Positions 1 through 9,500 of a stretch of 64,000 bases of DNA are shown one piece after another. Each line of letters begins with the position of its first letter. Within the stretch, counting starts at the first letter, position 1. The stretch is from an uncultured Candidatus Poseidoniales archaeon (GTDB lineage: Archaea; Thermoplasmatota; Poseidoniia; Poseidoniales; Thalassarchaeaceae). The notes under the pieces were generated by a model that was not told the DNA's origin, did no database searches, and saw nothing but the letters and a program-made list of their open reading frames with translations. The stretch spans positions 4,384 through 68,383 of the forward strand of contig CAXAFE010000011.1 of NCBI GenBank assembly GCA_963968165.1. The letters are read 5' to 3'. A program made the position numbers and the translations under genes.

Positions 1-1905
1 TTTGTCATGCCCATATCCTGTAAATGTTTGATTCATTGGCATTATTTCCATAGCATCGACACCATACGTATCATCGCCGGCATCCATAAAGTTATCGAAT
101 AATCCATCATTCTGATATACGCTTTCAACTGGTTCCTCAGTCGCATTATATATATCGTAAACTACTGTGTAATTCATCTCATAATCTGCTGGAAGACTAG
201 AAACAGATACCATTAGCCAGACTGTAGAGTCAACTGCAAGATCTGTATTCCAATAATATGATTCGTTAGTAGCGACTCCTTGCATTTCCCATGCACCTGT
301 ACTCGAAGATACAGTAGTAGCATATCCTCTATCCATATATTGGTAGAAGTTTAGTTGTCCTTCTATGGATTCGTTTTCATATCCCCAATCTAGAGATGCC
401 CATAGTCCATGGTATGCAGGAACAGATATCTCAAACCAATCTTGGTCATCAAATCCGGCACAAATCATACCTGAGAACTCCATTACCCCTATGTCATCTA
501 CATTTGTAGGTTCAGAGGAATCGTCTCCAGCGTCATCACCAGAATATCCATCATCTTGATTCCAGCATGGAGGTGGCGAGCCAGGCTCCATAGCTAATTC
601 AATCAGATATCCAGCATGAGCGTCATTTCCTGAGTAATATTCTACTACTACAAAGAACATCTCTCCACCTTGAGTTTGTCCATTGTCTATGAATTCTGGA
701 TTATCATACCATGAGTAGTCAAACATGCCAGTTAGATCAGATTCAGAGTATAGATATACATCTAAATCAGCATCATTATTCCAACTTACAGTAATATTAG
801 AGTAAAAATTTTCGGGTATAGACACTGCATATACATCTTGAGTATCTGTTTGGTTAACATGGCCAGAGGCCATATCATCTAGTGTAAACATATCGCCAGT
901 AAGGAATCCTGAAAAGTTACCAATAGAAATTCCGACATCTAGTCCGTATCCACCATCACCATAGCTGTCCATTTTTTCTACTAGATATTCTCCAGCATCG
1001 CTATAATTAGCAATTATTCCTGAAAATCCTGATGCCCAATATCCGAAAGAATCAACAGTTCCATCTGGAAGTGTTATATCAAGGGATGACTCAGAACTGC
1101 ACCAGAAATCACAGGATGTTATTGCCACTAATGCTTCTTGTGAACCATCTAGTGTGAAAGAATCAGATTGATAACTCCATGAGAAAGGTTCATCAGGCAT
1201 CGATAGTAAAGGATTCATCATTGGATTTGTAACATCTCCTGCTGCACCACCATCTGCAGGGAATACTGTTACGTTTAATGTATAATCTGGATTATTACTC
1301 AAAGTAGATGAGCAATAATAGCAGGCAACTTGTAGGGCTACTAATTCTCCCAACAGGTCAATATTTTCTCCGCAACCAATAGTACCACCAGTACTACTAG
1401 CGTCACAGCCTTGGTCACCAGAGGTTGATAATGATATAGAATTGCCCCCAGACCCTGCATTGTAAGCATATATGTATCCTGAGGACCAGGATGTCATTCC
1501 ATCAGTTTCTCCAATAGCTCCCATGAACATATATTGAGAACTACCGTTCCATGAGATTTCCATTGTAACTCCATATCCAGGCTCCATATCAATTTGGAAA
1601 ACGTCTCTACCATCTTCAGTATTGTAAGCATACCCAGAAACATTTATTTCTCCTGTATAGGAATTAGTTTCAGGCCCATCTCCCCAATCAAAATCTTCTG
1701 TAAGATTTATTTGGTCGGATGGATTTACTCCTGCGTCGTATCCTCGGCAGGCATCCGCTCCTAAACATGGGCTTGGAGGCGCATATCTGGTATCGCTATT
1801 ATTCTGCATTTCTACTGGGTCAATTTGGGCACTCAGTAGTGGCAGGAACGCTGCGGCAATCATTAGTAGGGCTAGGCTTATTGAACGGGTGGTTTGTTTG
1901 TTCAT
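1..1905 (-). CDS. Secreted multi-module protein with PPC (pre-peptidase C-terminal)-like domains; the C-terminus lies beyond the left window edge
   Basis: Absent from the ORF track because there is no in-window stop. The minus-strand ATG at 1905-1903 gives MNKQTTRSISLALLMIAAAFLPLLSAQ (signal-peptide-like). I saw no stop down to base 1; the frame was spot-checked at 1200 (MPDEPFSWSYQ), 600 (ELAMEPGSPPPCWNQDDGYSGDDAGD) and 60 (TFTGYGHDK). Modules carry D..D.(Y/W)(F/A).(I/V)S(V/I)P ... W ... DLDVYLY signatures like the neighbouring gene. Confidence 0.7.
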   Translation of the reverse strand, partial: MNKQTTRSISLALLMIAAAFLPLLSAQIDPVEMQNNSDTRYAPPSPCLGADACRGYDAGVNPSDQINLTEDFDWGDGPETNSYTGEINVSGYAYNTEDGRDVFQIDMEPGYGVTMEISWNGSSQYMFMGAIGETDGMTSWSSGYIYAYNAGSGGNSISLSTSGDQGCDASSTGGTIGCGENIDLLGELVALQVACYYCSSTLSNNPDYTLNVTVFPADGGAAGDVTNPMMNPLLSMPDEPFSWSYQSDSFTLDGSQEALVAITSCDFWCSSESSLDITLPDGTVDSFGYWASGFSGIIANYSDAGEYLVEKMDSYGDGGYGLDVGISIGNFSGFLTGDMFTLDDMASGHVNQTDTQDVYAVSIPENFYSNITVSWNNDADLDVYLYSESDLTGMFDYSWYDNPEFIDNGQTQGGEMFFVVVEYYSGNDAHAGYLIELAMEPGSPPPCWNQDDGYSGDDAGDDSSEPTNVDDIGVMEFSGMICAGFDDQDWFEISVPAYHGLWASLDWGYENESIEGQLNFYQYMDRGYATTVSSSTGAWEMQGVATNESYYWNTDLAVDSTVWLMVSVSSLPADYEMNYTVVYDIYNATEEPVESVYQNDGLFDNFMDAGDDTYGVDAMEIMPMNQTFTGYGHDK

Positions 1906-2182
1906 GGGCGTCACTGTCTTTCATGAGGACTTGTTTTTGGTATAAACTTACTCATAGATGCTCACTCTGTGTACTGTTCCGGTATATTACAGGATAACTG
2001 TATATTGATTCGATTTTAGGAAGTTTTTTCTGAATAACGGAAATACAATTACAGAATGATACAATAAACCGTAAATTTTTTTCAACTTGAAATATCAAAA
2101 TAATAAGTATTAAAAAAACATATAGTGCAATAATCACACTTACCCCTGACCCATTAATAATTCAGCATTTTTTTAATATTAT

Positions 2183-5100
2183 TTATTCTATCTCAGGTAT
2201 CCATTCTTCTTTTGTGGAATCCCACAACCACCCCGGATATTCTTCAAATTTCTCTAATCTCACCTCAGATTGTAAATTCTCAGGAGTGTCTTCATCATTG
2301 ATTACGATTGCATCTTCTGTTTCTATTGGAACATCTTCGTCGTCTAATTTGAAATTTTGAATTTCATCATAATCTAATTTCTCTTCATTTTTATCTTTTT
2401 TCTTATTTAAAACTACAATTGTCATAGCTACTACTATCATTATCATCGTAAATATGGGAATAATTACTTCTGAATTTAATTTTACTTTATCAATAATTGA
2501 CAATGGATACCCATTATCTCCTAATCCATCTTTATTTAGATCCTCCCATTCTTCAGAATTTTTAGGAAAAACATCTTCAATATCGATGTAATTATCATTA
2601 TCATCATCTGGATCTATTAAGTCGCAGTTAAAATCACCGTCATAATCATTAGGCATAGACGAAGAATCTAATGGATCTGACACGCATATTAGTTCTGCTG
2701 AATTTGGCCAGGAATCACCATCTGCATCTGTATCAGAATTATCTCCAATTCCATCACCATCATTATCTTTCGATTCTGTAGGATTTAGCGGGAATGCATC
2801 TTCAATATCGAGAACTAGGTCATCATCATCATCAACATCTAAGATGTCACATATGTGATCACGGTCGAAGTCAGCTGGAATCGAATTGGCATCATCAGGG
2901 TCAGATCCGCAATTAGGTTCGACAAGGTCGTCCCAAGAATCACCATCATCATCTTTATCCTTTATATCCCCAATTCCGTCTTTATCTAAATCTGACCACT
3001 CGGTGGAATCCAGAGGGAATGGATCAAAATCATCTAATGTTCCATCGCCATCATCATCATCATCTTCAATATCACACACATGATCATTATCAAAATCTAA
3101 TGGTAATGAAGATTCATCAAGTGGATTAGATTGACAATCATATTCATTCACATCTGACCACCCATCATCATCATCATCTAGATCGGAATTATCTCCGTAA
3201 CCGTCCCCATCATAGTCATACCATTCATTTTCATCATAGGGAAAGGCGTCGAATTGATCCTGATAACCATCATTATCGTCATCCATATCTGCATTATCTC
3301 CAATGCCATCGCCGTCTGTATCTGTAGACTCAGTAGAATCTAAGGGCGACGAGTCTACATTATTTGGAGTACCGTCTCCATCAATATCCTCATCTAATTG
3401 GTCACATATGCCATCTTCATCTGTATCAGAAGGTATTGAAGACGCTAGAAGTGAATCTGATAAACAATCTAATTCTAACTCATCCGAATATCCATCATTA
3501 TCATCATCCAAATCAGTGTTATCCCCGGTACCATCATAATCAGTATCATTCCACTCATTCTCATCCAAAGGAAACATGTCATTACCATCAATATACGTAT
3601 CTCCATCATCATCATCATCCATAATATTGCAAATATTATCAAAATCTGTGTCAAGAGGGGTATCTGTAGAATCATATTGGTCTGTGTTGCAGTCGATTTC
3701 ATCAGTATCGTTCCAACCATCATTATCATCATCTAAATCAGCATTATCTCCTATTGAGTCCCCATCTGTGTCCGAAGATTCATTTGGATCGGTTGAAAAG
3801 CTGTCGTTAGTATCATCGATTCCATCATTATCATCATCTTCATCGAGTAAATCACAGATTCCATCTGCATCTGTATCCAAAGGAGTATTGGAAATATCAT
3901 TGGGATCAGACCCACAGTCTAATTCTATTTCATCATAGAATCCATCACCATCCATATCTAAAGTGAAAATTAATACTGACATGTTATATTCTGCAGAGCC
4001 ATAATATGCAAATACTTCTATAGAAATATCAGAACCTCCAACATAAAATCCTGAGTTGTTTGTAGATACAGAAGTAATAGATTGACCGGTTAAAGAATAA
4101 TCAATTTGGGCATTACTATTGTCATAAAGTCCTAAACCAAATATACTATTACTCGGAAATGTAATATCGATAGTTATGCCATGATCTATTGGAACATATA
4201 AATTGTAGAAATCATATTGATCACCAGATTCATCTCCATAACCAGGCCAAAAGGATATTCCCTCAGTGGCGTTGATAGATGTAGAATTAGTTAAAGAATC
4301 TCCTGCATCTCCTCCACTAAATGCATCATTTTGATTAAATGCTAAAATTGTTGACTGATTGACTAAAGTAATATTAAATGTATAATTTCCTTCTCCGAGG
4401 CCTGCTTGGATAACTATAAAAACCGTGGAATCGCTTACATTTGTAGAACCACTTTGTACAATTTCAGGATTCCCATAGAAACTTGTTGAAATAATATTTT
4501 CAGATTCATCAAAAAGTCCTAAATCATAATCGTTTGAACTATCATTCCATGACAAGCTGGCTTCTATTGCAAAATTTGGGGGGACATATATTGAATAAAT
4601 GTCATTAACGTCGCCAGAGTCTGAAATCCAACCAAAATATGTAGTATTATCCGCCACGCCATATGCATTTGCAAACTCTCCACTAACATCGCCACTTGAG
4701 TTTGCATCATTTTGATTAAACGTTTCCGAAGTAGATATGTTAACAAAATTTAAAATTAAAGTATAATTATCCCCGCTGGACCAAGCCCTGATCAGCATTG
4801 TAACAGAAGTTCCACCGATATCAGCGCTACCGCTGGTAATATTCTCAGGATTATTATCATATGAATAGTCTATATATGAGCCATTACTATCAAAAAGGTG
4901 TAAATCTAAATCAGTATTAGTATTATTCCAGATTAATTGGCCAGTTATTGAATGATAGTTTGGTATAGCTATACTATACCAATCATACTCATCATTATTT
5001 TTATCTACACAACCATAATATGTCCCATTAGATGATCCTAGAGCGGTTGCAGATGATTGTAGATCGGAGGCATCACTTCCAGTAGATGCATCATTCTGAT

Positions 5101-5584
5101 TTGAGGGGCAAGAGTTAGAGGTACTATAGAACCAAATTTGCATAGTATATTGACCTGAGCCCGTCCATAGTTTAGCCCTAACATATACCGTAGTTCCTCC
5201 AATATTTGTTCCATTAGATGAAACTGAATCTACGGCATTACCAGTATTGTAGCTAGAGTCGATTAATGCCTGATTTTGAGAATATAGTAATAGATCAAAA
5301 TCTGCTCCTGAAGGAGGCGTTAAATCAACAGCTATTCCAGAATTAGTTGGTACGTTAATTGCATAATAATCATCAGTATCATTGCTACTTAGATTTCCAT
5401 AGTACGTAGCATCTACTGGATTTAGATTTGTAGCAGCAGATATTGATCCGCCAGCATCACCACCGCTGCCTGCATCATTAGCAGCCACAGTACCTGATAA
5501 ACATGAAAATAATAATAAAATTGTGAAAATCTTGGCTATATAATGATTTTTCATATGGTGAGCGTGCGGACTAACGGACTTCAA
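2183..5584 (-). CDS. Secreted, membrane-anchored protein: 4 PPC-like modules + long thrombospondin-type-3-like Ca-binding repeat array + TM + acidic tail
   Basis: Track ORF of 1133 aa with an N-terminal hydrophobic signal (IFTILLLFSCLSGTVAA). Four ~115-aa modules each open with N(Q)NDA.(S/G)GD and contain (Y)D(F/W)Y.(I/L).(V/I)P ... DLDL.L(F/Y). From aa ~545-1010 there are dense DxDxDGxxDxxD repeats with paired Cys. A TM helix (VIIPIFTMIMIVVAMTIVVL) is followed by a ~74-aa acidic tail. Confidence 0.85.
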   Translation of the reverse strand: MKSVSPHAHHMKNHYIAKIFTILLLFSCLSGTVAANDAGSGGDAGGSISAATNLNPVDATYYGNLSSNDTDDYYAINVPTNSGIAVDLTPPSGADFDLLLYSQNQALIDSSYNTGNAVDSVSSNGTNIGGTTVYVRAKLWTGSGQYTMQIWFYSTSNSCPSNQNDASTGSDASDLQSSATALGSSNGTYYGCVDKNNDEYDWYSIAIPNYHSITGQLIWNNTNTDLDLHLFDSNGSYIDYSYDNNPENITSGSADIGGTSVTMLIRAWSSGDNYTLILNFVNISTSETFNQNDANSSGDVSGEFANAYGVADNTTYFGWISDSGDVNDIYSIYVPPNFAIEASLSWNDSSNDYDLGLFDESENIISTSFYGNPEIVQSGSTNVSDSTVFIVIQAGLGEGNYTFNITLVNQSTILAFNQNDAFSGGDAGDSLTNSTSINATEGISFWPGYGDESGDQYDFYNLYVPIDHGITIDITFPSNSIFGLGLYDNSNAQIDYSLTGQSITSVSTNNSGFYVGGSDISIEVFAYYGSAEYNMSVLIFTLDMDGDGFYDEIELDCGSDPNDISNTPLDTDADGICDLLDEDDDNDGIDDTNDSFSTDPNESSDTDGDSIGDNADLDDDNDGWNDTDEIDCNTDQYDSTDTPLDTDFDNICNIMDDDDDGDTYIDGNDMFPLDENEWNDTDYDGTGDNTDLDDDNDGYSDELELDCLSDSLLASSIPSDTDEDGICDQLDEDIDGDGTPNNVDSSPLDSTESTDTDGDGIGDNADMDDDNDGYQDQFDAFPYDENEWYDYDGDGYGDNSDLDDDDDGWSDVNEYDCQSNPLDESSLPLDFDNDHVCDIEDDDDDGDGTLDDFDPFPLDSTEWSDLDKDGIGDIKDKDDDGDSWDDLVEPNCGSDPDDANSIPADFDRDHICDILDVDDDDDLVLDIEDAFPLNPTESKDNDGDGIGDNSDTDADGDSWPNSAELICVSDPLDSSSMPNDYDGDFNCDLIDPDDDNDNYIDIEDVFPKNSEEWEDLNKDGLGDNGYPLSIIDKVKLNSEVIIPIFTMIMIVVAMTIVVLNKKKDKNEEKLDYDEIQNFKLDDEDVPIETEDAIVINDEDTPENLQSEVRLEKFEEYPGWLWDSTKEEWIPEIE
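2555..3952 (-). repeat. Coding array of thrombospondin-type-3-like (DxDxDGxxDxxD) repeats organised in ~70-aa super-repeats
   Basis: A repeated protein pattern is read directly from the track translation: D.DGDG.GDN.D.DDD.DG(W/Y).D..E..C..(D/N)P.D...(I/M/L)P.D.D.D..CD..D.DDD.D...D..D.FP.D..EW.D.D. Confidence 0.8.
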
Positions 5585-5601
5585 GTTTGGTGAAGAATTA
5601 A

Positions 5602-6450
5602 TTAATATTTGAAGAATCCTTGGCCTGTTTTTCTACCTAAATGTCCCTTTGATACCATATCTACCAATAAATTAGCAGGTTTATATTTATCATCTTTTAG
5701 TCCTAAATGTAAAACATTCATTATATTCAGCAAAGTATCTAGTCCAATTAGATCCGAAAGTGCAAGGGGGCCGATGGGGTGATTCATTCCTAGTTGCATT
5801 ATTCCATCTATGGCTTCGGGTTTGGCTACACCTTCTTCCAATGTTATTATTGCTTCATTTAACATAGGACATAATATTCTGTTACTTACAAAACCGGGTG
5901 AATCATTGCAGGATAAGGCTATTTTATTCATTTTTTCTGCCGTATCGACAACAATTTCATTTACAATTGATTTTGTGTTACTACCATTTATTATTTCGAC
6001 AAGTTTCATTATTGGAACTGGGTTCATAAAATGCATCCCAATTACTAAATCTGGCCTATTGGTAAAATTAGCAATTGTATCTATACTTATACTAGATGTA
6101 TTTGATGCTAAGATAGCCTCTGGCTTACAAATAGCATCCAAACTAGAGAAAATAGATTTTTTGAGTTCGGTTATTTCAGGTACCGCTTCTATGACAAGAT
6201 CGGCCGAAGATACAGAATTCATATCCGTATAATAAGATATTAAGGAAAGTGCATTATCTGCTTCTTCTTTGGACATTCGATTTTTGTTAACTAATTTATT
6301 TAATGAGTTTTTAATATTAATTTGGGCTTTGTCCAAATATTCTTGTTTTATATCTACAATAATGACTTCGAAACCGGCACAAGCGGCAACTTGGGCGATT
6401 CCATTGCCCATCTGTCCAGCGCCCACAACTCCAATTAATTCAACTAACAT
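5602..6450 (-). CDS. hbd: 3-hydroxybutyryl-CoA / 3-hydroxyacyl-CoA dehydrogenase
   Basis: 282 aa with an N-terminal Rossmann motif GVVGAGQMGNGIAQV. HFMNPVPIMKLVEII and GFVSNRIL blocks are typical of the 3-hydroxyacyl-CoA dehydrogenase family. Confidence 0.9.
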   Translation of the reverse strand: MLVELIGVVGAGQMGNGIAQVAACAGFEVIIVDIKQEYLDKAQINIKNSLNKLVNKNRMSKEEADNALSLISYYTDMNSVSSADLVIEAVPEITELKKSIFSSLDAICKPEAILASNTSSISIDTIANFTNRPDLVIGMHFMNPVPIMKLVEIINGSNTKSIVNEIVVDTAEKMNKIALSCNDSPGFVSNRILCPMLNEAIITLEEGVAKPEAIDGIMQLGMNHPIGPLALSDLIGLDTLLNIMNVLHLGLKDDKYKPANLLVDMVSKGHLGRKTGQGFFKY

Positions 6451-6514
6451 GTTTTACCGGAGGGGAATCTAAACAATTAGTCTTCGCATTAATTAACCAA
6501 AATTACTATCATAA

Positions 6515-9500
6515 CTATATTTTCCTCTTTTGAAATAATACGCTTGCTGCCGTAATTAAAAACACAATGGTAGATAGTAAAATAATCCATGTCAATATTG
6601 GCCCATTATTTTTTATATCTTCTATTGCCCATTGGTTCCAATCTTGTTTATTTACTAAGATAGAATATTCTACTAAATTATCAGCTAAGTCTGTAGATTT
6701 AGCAATTATTTGATACTCTCCTGGAGCATTAGGAACTAATAGATTGAGAGAAAAAGTTCCTGAAGTAGAGCAAATAAATTCTGATTCTTCTACAACTGTA
6801 TTTACCGTTACACTCAGACCTGGCTCACATATTCCTTCTAATTCTTTTAATGAATTTAGTGCTGAATTTCGATATTCGATTTCTGAAAAGTACAGTTCTG
6901 GAGATATGGAATCTTTCTGTATTGATATAAAATATTCATCAATTTCATCTAGTGAACGTATTTCTATCTTAAATTCATTATCTCCTTCCAATAAATCTAA
7001 GTTCAAAATTACATAATCATCTCCTGCTTCAACTATATTGGTCATATCAGAACCTAATCTCATCCACCATATTTCTTGAGAGCCCTCTCTCTTTAGGGTT
7101 ACTTGGAGAGAGTCTGAAGATACTAATCCACCGTTAGTATCGGCAGACAATTGTGTATCGTAAATACTAGAATCCAAAAACATTCTCCTGCATTCCTCAA
7201 AGATATTTTTATTTTCATAATATGAAGTTAAATCAATAGCAATGATACAAAATATATGATTACCAGTATTATTTAATTCAAATTCGAAGAATCCAGTTGT
7301 ACCGTTTGTATAATATTCTATATCGCCATTAATTGAAAAAATGACATCAACATATTCTGAAGCTCCCCACGAAAGATTTTGCACATGGTCGTTAAGCATA
7401 TTATCATCGGATGGATACAAAGACCAACTGACTACGGGTGATATCGTGTCAAATGATATTGGCCATACTTCAACCTTTGAATTATTAGTCCAATCTGTGA
7501 TTTCAATAGATAATTCATAATCTCCATTAGGAAGATTTGGAATATCCATTTGGATAATTGTATCATAATTCACTTCATAATCTGAGATTCCATTAATGGG
7601 ATAGCCGGATGATGAATTGAAAATTTGAGGCATAGATGATACTGAATTACATTCTTCATGATATCCAATTGAATTAATACTCTTAAGGATAAGGCACCAT
7701 TTTTTAGAATCTGAAGGTAAATTCAACCAAATTTGAGAACTAGTTATGTTTACTGGGGCTAAAATATCATCTATAAAATACTCATAATTATTTTGATCTA
7801 TTATCTTTACTACACTAAAATTTGTCATTTTAGGATCGAGAATAACTTGAAAATTTCTATTAATGTAATTTCCTGAAAAATCTGAGGAATTAAATGAAAA
7901 TGAATTAGAATTATCGATGTAATAAAACGATTTTGCCCCATCAATAGAAGAATATCGTCCTTGTTGAGTCAATGATAAAGTCAATATTTTTTGAGCAGTC
8001 CCATTTTCGTTAAGTTCTATTAATTCGTTATTTAAGTACAAAATAGAATTGGGTTCAGTAATTATATCAATAGTTATATTTTGTTCATTGGTAATTAGAG
8101 GCATTCCATAAACAAATAGTTCTGGATGAGTGGAGTCATACAATACAGATAAGAAAGTTTCATTGTAAATTCCATAGTTGTCATAAACTGTAGCAGTATA
8201 ATCGTGCCATTGCTCAATAGGTGCCACGGAAGAGTTAATCATTATCTCTCTGAAAGTGTAATTTTGAAAACTCGAAAAATTATTTTCATTCCATTCGTCA
8301 GCTATATCAAAAATGAACCCATTACTGGTCTTCCCAAATGCCGTATTTGCTTGTAGATTTGGAGTTTTATTTGTTAAGGAGATACAATTTATATTTTCTA
8401 AAGAAAACCCTACACCTACATCCTTTACATGTAATTTTATATCAATTAATTCATTCGAATACGTCACATTATCAGGAGTTAAAAATGATATTTGAGGGAC
8501 GGTATTCAACAATTGATAATTATAAGGGAGTCGAAAATTAATATTTCCTTCCAGAGTAACGTCTACGAAGCCCAACCAATTCCCTTCCTCCTGCGGAATA
8601 TCAAAATCAATGTTTACTTCTAAAACGCTTGTTGGAGTCATACCGCCTAACTCTTCCGCCCCGTTTGGCCACATCTGATCTATTGTAGAAGCATTGAGTA
8701 CTGATTGGTTAAAGACTCTTAATTGATCACCGCCAACAATTTCTGATTCTAACCAAAATTGTATGGTTCCACCGGGAACAGACCAGCCCAAAACTGCTAT
8801 GGAATAATTACCGTTTTCGGGATTAGTGAGAGTAATTGATTCAGAGGAAGAGCCACTCCATGATCTAGCCACTTCTTCATCGGAAGAAAAATTTCCATCA
8901 GAGTTTGAATCTCGAAATAAATATAAATCAAGATCTGCATCGCCATAGGCATCCATATTTATTGAAATTTCTGAAGTATCTTCTAGAGTAAAATTATGCC
9001 ACCAAGAAGCGTCCATCTTATTTGAACCATCATCAGACGCTGTTTCATTAACAAAATTCATCACAGAATTCCAGCCATATGCATCTACAGATTCTACTGG
9101 GAGAGGCATAGTTGAAAGTAAATATAACGAATCATTACCACTGCCTTCTGACCAATCAAGAACTTTTTTCTCTAAACCAGAATTTTCAGCTACAACATAT
9201 CCAACAGATATATTTAGAGGATTATCATTAGTTTCTACCCCATGGAGGGCAGTATGAAGTACCATCTGATGCACCCCTTCTGATGCTGGAACGGCAAATA
9301 CTTCTCTTGACGTTCCAGTAAAGGTACCCCAATTGTGTTGACCGCTTCCTGCATGATTATTTGTAGAACGAGATTCTATAAAAAAAGTTGAGTTTCCGTA
9401 GGCATCCGTCTCCTCCTCGGCATAACCATGAGATGATTCTGATAACCATAATACATCTATATCCGTATAGGGATTATCATCCCAATTCACATCCAAAATA

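Noticed and set aside
2886-3938. Plus-strand ORFs of 65-120 aa that are rich in Ser/Pro/His (2886-3083, 3303-3539, 3364-3624, 3576-3938), plus the minus-strand out-of-frame ORF 3475-3732
   Set aside because: They lie entirely inside the Asp-rich TSP3 repeat region of the 2183-5584 gene. Antisense or out-of-frame reading of GAT/GAC-rich DNA produces long low-complexity open frames. They have no motifs and no independent start context.
5810-6232. A 140-aa plus-strand ORF inside hbd. The same situation applies to 16185-16625 inside rpiA, 28229-28594 and 27752-28087 inside truD, 53116-53649 and other minus-strand ORFs inside the giant gene, and the plus-strand ORFs inside the S8 protease gene
   Set aside because: All are antisense to genes with strong family signatures and show no motifs of their own.
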